DNA of 50,810 bases. Origin: Bdellovibrionales bacterium. GTDB lineage: Bacteria; Bdellovibrionota; FAC87; UBA2466; JACKAF01. Each line of letters begins with the position of its first letter. Positions within the stretch are counted from its first letter, which is position 1. Shown piece by piece: positions 43,042 through 50,352 of this stretch. The position numbers and the translations under genes are program-made. Location of the stretch: NCBI GenBank assembly GCA_020435295.1, contig JAGQZV010000001.1, positions 1 to 50,810 of the forward strand, in the 5' to 3' direction. The notes under the pieces are model-generated. The model saw only the letters and a program-made list of their open reading frames with translations. It did not search any database and was not told the DNA's origin.

Positions 43042-44554
43042 ACTGAAAGCGGCGGTCATAGGTTCCGGTTTTGGCGGCCTTGCTGCCGCCATTCGGCTGC
43101 AGGCGCGTGGAATAGACACGACGATTCTCGAAAAGCGGGACAAAGCCGGGGGACGTGCTTATGTTTTTGAGGATTCCGGCTTTCATTTTGATGCCGGCCC
43201 AACCGTAATTACAGCTCCTGAGTGCATTGATGAGCTGTTTTCTTTGTGTAACAGAAAGCGACAAGACTACGTCGAGCTGTTACCGGTAACTCCCTTCTAC
43301 CGGCTCTGCTGGGAGAATGGAGATGTATTTGACTATGTGAACGATGAAGCTCAGTTGCTCGAGCAAATTAGGCGCTTCAATCCTTCCGACGTGGGCGGTT
43401 ACCAGAAGTTTTTCAAATATTCTGAGGCCGTCTTTGAGGCGGGCTACAAGGAACTTGTACACGTTCCGTTTTTGAGCTTTTGGGACATGATACGGGCAGC
43501 TCCCGACCTAATCAAACTCAAGGCCTATCGATCAGTGTACAAGACCGTGGCGTCGTACATCCAAAATGAGAAACTGCGCCAGGCCTTTAGTTTCCATTCA
43601 CTTCTGATTGGAGGAAACCCGTTCTCGGCGTCCGCCATATACACTCTTATACACGCCCTCGAACGCAAAGGAGGTGTTTACTTTGCTAAGGGAGGCACAC
43701 ACACGTTGGTTAGAGCGTTGTTGGCGTTGTTTGAAGAAATGGGTGGGCGGGTATTGCTCAATTCAGAGGTGAAAGAGATTGTTACAGAGCAGTCGAAGGT
43801 GTGTGGCGTTCGAACAGTTAATGGAGAGTTTTCTCCCTATGACTTAGTTGTGTCTAACGCGGATGTTACCCACACGTACACAGAGCTGCTCCGTTCCACA
43901 AGTGAGGTGAAGGCAGTAGCCCGCGGTCTGCTCGGGAAGCGCTACAGCCAGGCTCTCTTTGTCGTCTATTTTGGCACCGATCGCGTTTACCCAAGCGTCG
44001 CCCACCACAGCATTCTCTTCTGCAACCGCTACAAGAGCCTCTTAGAAGATATCTTTTCGAGGGGCGCGCTACCCGAGGAAAACTCCTTTTATCTACATGC
44101 TCCTTGTCGCACCGATTCTTCCTTGGCTCCGGAAGGCTGCGATGCCTTTTATGTGTTAGCCAACGTCCCGAACCTTGCCAAGGCCCCACTCGACTGGAGC
44201 GTTGTAGGTCCCCGCTATGCCGAGTGGATTCTAGACTATTTGAGCCGGAGTTATTTGCCCGAAGTCAAAAGGCACATAGTTACCCAACGATTTTTTTCTC
44301 CGTTGCAGTTCAAGACCGAACTGAATGCGCACCTGGGCACTGCCTTTTCCTTGGAGCCGACGCTTTTACAGAGTGCGTATTTCCGGGTCCATAATAGGGA
44401 GTCGCGTCTTAAGGGCCTGTACTTCGTAGGTGCAGGAACCCACCCGGGAGCTGGTGTTCCAGGGGTCATCAACTCCGCTAAGGCCACCGTTGGGGTTATT
44501 TTGAGTGAGTTGCGAGATATTCCAGAGTATAGATTGGAACCGGCCTATGCCTAA
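43025..44554 (+). CDS. crtI: phytoene desaturase
   Basis: N-terminal dinucleotide fold AAVIGSGFGGLAAAIRL and the C-terminal GLYFVGAGTHPGAGVPGV motif, typical of CrtI. Confidence 0.92.
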   Translation: MLPTSRLKAAVIGSGFGGLAAAIRLQARGIDTTILEKRDKAGGRAYVFEDSGFHFDAGPTVITAPECIDELFSLCNRKRQDYVELLPVTPFYRLCWENGDVFDYVNDEAQLLEQIRRFNPSDVGGYQKFFKYSEAVFEAGYKELVHVPFLSFWDMIRAAPDLIKLKAYRSVYKTVASYIQNEKLRQAFSFHSLLIGGNPFSASAIYTLIHALERKGGVYFAKGGTHTLVRALLALFEEMGGRVLLNSEVKEIVTEQSKVCGVRTVNGEFSPYDLVVSNADVTHTYTELLRSTSEVKAVARGLLGKRYSQALFVVYFGTDRVYPSVAHHSILFCNRYKSLLEDIFSRGALPEENSFYLHAPCRTDSSLAPEGCDAFYVLANVPNLAKAPLDWSVVGPRYAEWILDYLSRSYLPEVKRHIVTQRFFSPLQFKTELNAHLGTAFSLEPTLLQSAYFRVHNRESRLKGLYFVGAGTHPGAGVPGVINSAKATVGVILSELRDIPEYRLEPAYA

Positions 44555-45518
44555 GAAACATCAAACGGAATACGAACTTTTGGTCGAGCGGTGCCGTTCG
44601 GTAATCAAGGTGGGATCAAAGAGCTTTTCCCTTTCCGCGCATCTTTTTGGCAAAGAAAAACGGGACGGTGCTTTCTTGCTATATGGTTGGTGCCGCTATT
44701 GCGATGATGAAATTGACAAAGCTAGCGCCAGCGAAACGTCGGAACAACTCCAGCGCCGCCTGGCGACGCTTCGTGAGCTTACTGAGGCTAGCTATTCGTC
44801 TTCGCCGATGAGCCACCCGGTGTTCGCAGCTTTTCAACATGTCGTGCACAAGTATGGCATTCCAAGGCATTATCCCTTCGAGCTGTTGGAGGGGATGGCG
44901 ATGGATATTCGCCAGGAGAAGTATCCCGACTTAGATACAGTGGTCTTGTACGCCTACCGCGTGGCCGGCTGTGTTGGATTGATGATGGCCCACGTGATGG
45001 GGGTGAGTAGCGACAAAGCGCTCCGACACGCGTCCGATATGGGTATCGCCATGCAACTGACCAACATCGCGCGAGATGTCTACGAGGATGCGTCGATGGG
45101 GCGGGTGTATCTGCCCGAAGTGTGGTTGCGCGAAGAGGGGATTGCTCGCGATGCGATCCGCGAAGCTTGCAACACGCCAAAGTTGGTGCGGGTCGTATCG
45201 CGCTTATTGGATGTCGCCGATGGTTACTATGCCTCAGGGGATGCGGGCTTGAAGTATTTGTCTCTTAGAAGTGCGTGCACCGTTGCTAGTGCGCGCTACG
45301 TGTACGCGGAAATCGGCAACCGCGTGCGGATGCGGGGAATCCACGCGTGGAGTACCCGAACCTGGGTTAGCCTGCCTCGAAAACTTTTGGTGATGTGTAT
45401 TGGTGTGATGAAGGTGTTTCTTACTAGGCCGTTTGGCAAAGGGTGGACTGCGCATCGTATTGGCATGGTCTGGGAGCATGCAGGCATCCTATTCGGCTAT
45501 TTGTTTTTCGGGAGTTAA
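44547..45518 (+). CDS. crtB: phytoene synthase
   Basis: Squalene/phytoene synthase motifs YGWCRYCDDEID and NIARDVYEDASMGRVYLP. ATG 44547 overlaps the crtI stop. Confidence 0.92.
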   Translation: MPKKHQTEYELLVERCRSVIKVGSKSFSLSAHLFGKEKRDGAFLLYGWCRYCDDEIDKASASETSEQLQRRLATLRELTEASYSSSPMSHPVFAAFQHVVHKYGIPRHYPFELLEGMAMDIRQEKYPDLDTVVLYAYRVAGCVGLMMAHVMGVSSDKALRHASDMGIAMQLTNIARDVYEDASMGRVYLPEVWLREEGIARDAIREACNTPKLVRVVSRLLDVADGYYASGDAGLKYLSLRSACTVASARYVYAEIGNRVRMRGIHAWSTRTWVSLPRKLLVMCIGVMKVFLTRPFGKGWTAHRIGMVWEHAGILFGYLFFGS

Positions 45519-45519
45519 C

Positions 45520-46098
45520 ATGAATTCTGTAGCTTTCTGGCGCGAGACAGTTATCTATGCGGGTCGGGTTCGAGAGTTTAGTCGCATCGACTGGATTGTT
45601 TACGTCGCGTGGGTTGGGATGATGGTTGGCTTGTTTGCAAGCGTGTTTGGATTTTTGGTGGTTGGTGCTTCCAACGGTGTGCAGTACCCAGTTTACGTTT
45701 GGAATGTTCCCATAGGCATAGCTATCTTCGTCGTTGCCATAAGTTTCGATACCATAGGACATCGCACGATCTATAAACAAGAACTTCTAAAGGCGGAGGC
45801 TCTGGTCCACCACATCACCATTTTCTGCGGAGTCACTTCGGTGCTTTGTTTGTGCTTAGCCTACGGGCAGCCCGAATTCTTCCGCTTTCCTGCACTCACT
45901 CTAATCGGCCTTGCGGTTTTTTATAGTATGGTGGACGAAGCAATGCATTGGCGGCGCTATCTCATGCTGAAGTCAGATCGGGTGGAGATGTGGAGCCACC
46001 TATTCATCTTTGTTGGGCATATCTTGATGAGTTTAAGTTGGTACTACTGGTTTGAGATGGGATATCCGGGCGTAAAAGAGACGTTGGAGTTTTTTTAG
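45520..46098 (+). CDS. His-rich 4-5 TM membrane protein of unknown function, last gene of the crt operon
   Basis: The ATG lies 1 nt after the crtB stop. Conserved-looking polar motifs at helix ends: DTIGHRT, LVHHIT, DEAMHWRRY, WSHLFIFVGH. No match to the CrtZ/CrtW motifs that I can recognise. Confidence 0.6.
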   Translation: MNSVAFWRETVIYAGRVREFSRIDWIVYVAWVGMMVGLFASVFGFLVVGASNGVQYPVYVWNVPIGIAIFVVAISFDTIGHRTIYKQELLKAEALVHHITIFCGVTSVLCLCLAYGQPEFFRFPALTLIGLAVFYSMVDEAMHWRRYLMLKSDRVEMWSHLFIFVGHILMSLSWYYWFEMGYPGVKETLEFF

Positions 46099-46156
46099 GA
46101 GAGCCTCGCAGCGCCCTCTCAACGAGTGAGAGAGCGCCCAAGGACACACACAAGGT

Positions 46157-46179
46157 GAAAAGGTTTATTGCACCTTTTC
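46157..46179. terminator. hairpin terminator between convergent genes
   Basis: gaaaaggt-ttattgc-accttttc (perfect 8-bp stem) followed by aaagagttttt on the + strand. A second imperfect 11-bp hairpin lies at 46111-46137. Confidence 0.5.
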
Positions 46180-46256
46180 AAAGAGTTTTTCGGCGTTTGG
46201 GGCAGACCCCTAAAGCGATTTTGTTTAGAGATGACGTCACGCGTTATGTCGTTGGC

Positions 46257-47057
46257 TTAAAAGGTAAATCCGAGGTCAAGCGCAAGCGTGGGGCGGAACC
46301 CATCGAATTCGATTACGACGATGTTGCTGGAAATGGCCGAAATGAACGTAGCACCCGCGCCGATCCCAATGTTGAAGCCTGACTTGAATCGCAAGCGCCA
46401 ACCCAAGGTCGCAATTCCGCCAAATGCAGTGGAGTTTTCCGAACCTAATCCCGTCACCGCGACGGTATAGAAACCGGGGCCGATCTGAACCCACAATCCT
46501 TTGTAGTTCTTCTTGCTGTAATAGTTGAAGGTGAGATGTCCGCCAAAAGAGGTAAGTGACGTCGTGGTAGCTGTCAGGCGGAAAAAGTGCGGACGAAGTC
46601 CGAGGGCTATCGATGGGGAAAGCGCAAACTGGATATCCAGCATCGGGAAAAAGAGGCTGAAGCCTGCATTGAAGCCTCCCGTTATATCAAATTTGTCGCC
46701 GCGGCCTTCGCGGCTATCGTGTGCTGAGCTGTAACTGGAGCCTCGTGTTGTTGCTGGTTCGCGTTGATCGGTCTTTGCTTTGGAGCTAGCCGGAAGCACT
46801 TTGTCTCCCTTTTGAACCGCGAATTTTGGGACCTGCGTAAATGCCACTACGGCCCGGCTTGAGTTGGATTGGACTACTTTGCCGCATGCGATTTTCCGCT
46901 TCTTTCTCACGGCACAAGCTTGATCTCCCGTTTGCCACTGGACTCCTTTAGCTTGTTGGATCACCATTCCCTTTCGATTTGCTTTCAGCACTCGCGTGGC
47001 TTCTGCGCGTACGCAAACGACAAGCAGTAGCAAAAGAATGTAGTGGCTTGTTTTCAA
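46257..47057 (-). CDS. outer-membrane beta-barrel protein with a small N-terminal domain
   Basis: TTG start, signal peptide ...VCVRAEA, a C-terminal ~150 aa of alternating beta-strands, and a terminal aromatic signature ...LDLGFTF. Confidence 0.6.
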   Translation of the reverse strand: MKTSHYILLLLLVVCVRAEATRVLKANRKGMVIQQAKGVQWQTGDQACAVRKKRKIACGKVVQSNSSRAVVAFTQVPKFAVQKGDKVLPASSKAKTDQREPATTRGSSYSSAHDSREGRGDKFDITGGFNAGFSLFFPMLDIQFALSPSIALGLRPHFFRLTATTTSLTSFGGHLTFNYYSKKNYKGLWVQIGPGFYTVAVTGLGSENSTAFGGIATLGWRLRFKSGFNIGIGAGATFISAISSNIVVIEFDGFRPTLALDLGFTF

Positions 47058-47106
47058 GATCTTGTTCAGTATAGCATTTTTTCGGTGGTACTAGAGTAAG
47101 ACGCTC

Positions 47107-47334
47107 TTAGTCATCGCTTTGGTTCCACTCGCTCGACAGCAACTTTCGACCTTTTGGTGAACCCAGGGCGAGTGGCCAAAGAAGACTAGCGCCAATGCCC
47201 CGCAGAAGATAACTCCACGGTCGGTCTCGAAAAGGTTGAGGAATTTTTTTTTCCTGAAAGTTAGCGACTACTTTGAAAGCCAGTTTGGCGGCATAAAGTA
47301 GGTAAACTAGATAGGCGAGGCGCAAGAGATTCAC
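47107..47334 (-). CDS. possible small two-TM membrane protein (75 aa)
   Basis: GTG-initiated ORF filling the gap between the cyclase-like gene and the OMP gene. Two hydrophobic segments. No other support. Confidence 0.35.
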   Translation of the reverse strand: MNLLRLAYLVYLLYAAKLAFKVVANFQEKKIPQPFRDRPWSYLLRGIGASLLWPLALGSPKGRKLLSSEWNQSDD

Positions 47335-47371
47335 GGTGTGAGTTTCGCAGAATGCGTGCCGGGTGGCAAGG

Positions 47372-48544
47372 TCAGGCGGTTTGCTGTCGCTTGCCGGCGA
47401 GGGAGGCCAGGCGGCGTTTAAGTTCCTTTGAGGCTAGCGTGTAGCCGCCATTTCCCCCGTCCACGAGATGAAAGTGCTTTCCCTTCGCTTTGTTGAATAT
47501 CATGCACGTTAGCAGGACGTGGTCCGACCGGTGTGTGCCGTATGCGAGGTCTCCTTGCTGATAGTACTTTTCGAGCAGCTCCGTTATGCTATTAGCCTCT
47601 TCGGGGCGAACATCCAGTACCATCCGTAGGCACCCGTCGAATTTTCGAAAATCGGACTGTCCGATCACCTCGCGCACATATTTTTTTCCGGAGAGAGAGG
47701 GGATCCAAAATCGGGAAGCCCAGGCGGCGAAAAAAAAGTGAAACCACTGGTATGTCAGCCGGAAAAAAACGGAAGCGCCAAACGTTCGGATTCGACTTTC
47801 GGCAAAAAACGAGCTAATCCGAGAAGCCAACTTCAAGTTCTCAGCTTGAACCGGATTTGCGTTTCCCCCAACCAGAGTTTGAATGGTATTGGCTACCGAA
47901 CGGTACACTTGCTGGGCACGGTGCTGGGGGTGAGGGCAGTTTGCTAGGATCGTTAGCGACACCCCCTTAGAGGCTTTCAAAGGGTTCCAACGGCATTCCA
48001 GTCCCATGTAACTCGCCGGAGGATCCGGATTCGCGGGATCGTTTATCGAATAATTGGGTCCTCGCTCGGGCGATTTTATCCAGGCTTCTGCCACGGCAAT
48101 TCCGGATCCGCAGAACATGGATTGGGTTTGCGCCGAAGAAAGAGACAGATCGGCTAGCCCCACCGAATACCCTTCTTCGTACAGATCGCGAACTGGGACC
48201 TTACCTACAGCGAGCTCGAGCTGAAATGCCTTACGTGCCATCGTTCTTGTCAGCGCCAGTACGTGCGCAGCCTTGTCGATAGTATCCGGGGAGGCCAAGA
48301 AAGTGACGCCGTCGCCGCCAAATACAAACGGAATTGGGCCGACAGCATTCAGAACGGCCATGACACAAGCTCCGGCGACCGAGTTGACTTCTTTATAGCG
48401 GCCGGCTTCGATGGCCATTGTCGAGTTGCGGATGTCAACAATCACTAAGAACCAATTAGAGGCGACCGGACTGTAAAGATCTATCCGAAGTGCTTCTTCG
48501 AAAGTTTCAAACCGGGGTGCGGGCGTGAACTCGATTGGCTTCAT
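47372..48544 (-). CDS. DUF3095-like protein with an N-terminal class III nucleotidyl-cyclase-like fold
   Basis: WFLVIVDIRNSTMAIEAGRYKEVN and PFVFGGDGVTFL sit where cyclase metal-binding Asp motifs occur. GLECRWNP, DFRKFDGCLRMVLD and HFHLVDGGNGGY match my recollection of the DUF3095 family. The Shine-Dalgarno GAGGAAAG overlaps the upstream stop. Confidence 0.6.
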   Translation of the reverse strand: MKPIEFTPAPRFETFEEALRIDLYSPVASNWFLVIVDIRNSTMAIEAGRYKEVNSVAGACVMAVLNAVGPIPFVFGGDGVTFLASPDTIDKAAHVLALTRTMARKAFQLELAVGKVPVRDLYEEGYSVGLADLSLSSAQTQSMFCGSGIAVAEAWIKSPERGPNYSINDPANPDPPASYMGLECRWNPLKASKGVSLTILANCPHPQHRAQQVYRSVANTIQTLVGGNANPVQAENLKLASRISSFFAESRIRTFGASVFFRLTYQWFHFFFAAWASRFWIPSLSGKKYVREVIGQSDFRKFDGCLRMVLDVRPEEANSITELLEKYYQQGDLAYGTHRSDHVLLTCMIFNKAKGKHFHLVDGGNGGYTLASKELKRRLASLAGKRQQTA

Positions 48545-48552
48545 GACTTTCC

Positions 48553-49482
48553 TCAGGCGGCAAGCTTAAAGCCGATCCCACTGGCGCCGACTCGCAATAT
48601 TTGTAGGAGCGTTTCGTCGGACTGTCCTTCTGGGAGTAGCCACTCATTTAACCTATGTGCTTCCAAACCTGCAGGCGAGCGGTCATAGCCACCGGCTCTT
48701 ACGGCTGCATTAGCCGGCCCGGTGATAATTGCAAACGAATGGAGACTGGACTTTCCTTCCTTCCAGACGTCAAATAAACAGGGGACAGGTTCCCAGTTCG
48801 CCTTTCCAATTTCAAATCCTTGGATACCAGTTTTCACAGCTTCAAAGAAGGCTTTGACCGGAAGTAAGCCGTGTGTTTCCCCGAACAGGGGCCTCCATAG
48901 GCTTTCCTTTCCACTGTGACCGCGGATACGCTCAAAATAGTCTGGCTGCAGACTTTCGAGTCTGGCCTTGTACATACTGTAAGCCTTCTTGTCGAAGTCT
49001 GCTGATTGCCCAGCGGGCCGGCAGTGAAAGCGGGAGGGGCGAAGGGTGCGTTGTCCCGACTCCATACAAAGAAGCGGTCCGAAGTAGAACGGGTATAGTC
49101 TAAAGTCATACGGTCGTAACTCTTTTGACCCTCTTTGCCCCAATTTCCAACGGAGTTTTTTGACTTTGGACTCTGCGCGGGATTTTTCAAGTGTGGCAGT
49201 CTTTGAGGGCTTTTTTTTGAGTCTTGATTCAGCGTCTTTGAGACGTTTTTCTTGCATCTTGAGTTCCTCCCGCTCCGCTGCAGACGTGAGGCGTTCGTAT
49301 TCTTTGATGAGCTTCAGGAACTTATTGTCTGTCAGAAAATTGTGTTCTAGGGCTCTAGGTATTTTTATTTTCGGATTCTTGAGTCTAGCCGAGAAAAGCT
49401 CAGCAAAAGCCTCTGAGTTAACTTTGGCGCTCCATTCTGCGGCCAGTTGCTCGAGATCGGTTTCTACAACTAGATAACGCAC
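48553..49482 (-). CDS. SRAP (YedK/HMCES)-like protein lacking the Cys2 nucleophile, with a coiled-coil insertion
   Basis: SFAIITGPANAAV...GYDRSP...NEWL, HGLLPVKAFFE and YKARLESL align with the SRAP motifs FAIITTxAN...IHDRMP...WL, CLVPADGFYEW and INARxET. The GTG start has an AGGAG Shine-Dalgarno 8 nt upstream and gives M-R-Y-L-V instead of M-C-G-R-F. Confidence 0.55.
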   Translation of the reverse strand: MRYLVVETDLEQLAAEWSAKVNSEAFAELFSARLKNPKIKIPRALEHNFLTDNKFLKLIKEYERLTSAAEREELKMQEKRLKDAESRLKKKPSKTATLEKSRAESKVKKLRWKLGQRGSKELRPYDFRLYPFYFGPLLCMESGQRTLRPSRFHCRPAGQSADFDKKAYSMYKARLESLQPDYFERIRGHSGKESLWRPLFGETHGLLPVKAFFEAVKTGIQGFEIGKANWEPVPCLFDVWKEGKSSLHSFAIITGPANAAVRAGGYDRSPAGLEAHRLNEWLLPEGQSDETLLQILRVGASGIGFKLAA

Positions 49483-49494
49483 GTTCGGTGCTCC

Positions 49495-50313
49495 TCACTT
49501 GGGTTTGCGCTTTGTTCGCGTGCGCGACGCACGTCGTAGGCGTGCGTTCCCGCCAAGACTGGCTTGGAGAGCTTCCATCAGATCGATGACCTTCTTTTCC
49601 GGCGCTTGCTCTATTCGAGTAATATCCTGTCCAGCGATTTTTTTGCGGATTTGCTTGAGCAACCGTTCGCGGACTTCGTCTTTGTACTTGGCCGGCTGGA
49701 AGCTTTTTACTTCTGCGCTTTTGATTACTTTTACCGCTAGCTCCAGCTCCTTTGGGGTTACTGCAGCGTTTCCAATTGGAACATCTTTAAATGATCTTCG
49801 TTCGTGCTGGTAGAAGAGGTCTTCCATTATCAAACCTTTGCTTTCTGGGCGGATGGCGACCAAGTATTGCTTGCCTCTGGCCTTGTAGCGCGCGATGGCG
49901 ACTTTGTGGGTCTTGTTAAGGGCCGCGCTGAGTAAGCGGTAGGCTTTGTCACCGCCTTTGTCTGGGCCGAGGAAGTAAACTTTGTTGAGATAGAGTCGGG
50001 TTACGCTGTCAGCGGGTACAAATTCCACGATCTCTATGGTCTGGTTGGCTTTGGCTTCTAGGACTCTAAGCTCGTCCGGAGTGAAGACTACGTACTCGTC
50101 TTTTTCAAACTGGTAGCCCTTAACTTTGTCGTCCTTGGTAAGGGTTTTGCTATGTTGCGGGCAAAAGTATTGCTGCTTGAGCCGGTGCCCGCATCCCTTA
50201 TGTAGCCAGTTGAACGAGATCTTTTCGCCAGCCTCGCCCGCGGGGTAGATATTCACGGGCACTGTTACCAGGCCGAAGGAGAGTCTTGCTGTCGCAATAG
50301 ATCGGATCGCCAT
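49495..50313 (-). CDS. ku: Ku protein (bacterial non-homologous end joining)
   Basis: N-terminus RLSFGLVTVPVNIYPA...ISFNWLHKGCGHRLKQQYFC, a central Ku core, and a basic C-terminal tail RLRRASRTRTKRKPK, typical of bacterial Ku. Confidence 0.9.
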   Translation of the reverse strand: MAIRSIATARLSFGLVTVPVNIYPAGEAGEKISFNWLHKGCGHRLKQQYFCPQHSKTLTKDDKVKGYQFEKDEYVVFTPDELRVLEAKANQTIEIVEFVPADSVTRLYLNKVYFLGPDKGGDKAYRLLSAALNKTHKVAIARYKARGKQYLVAIRPESKGLIMEDLFYQHERRSFKDVPIGNAAVTPKELELAVKVIKSAEVKSFQPAKYKDEVRERLLKQIRKKIAGQDITRIEQAPEKKVIDLMEALQASLGGNARLRRASRTRTKRKPK

Positions 50314-50352
50314 GCAGCCTTATCGGTGCCTGACGCACGGGGTCTTAGACCC

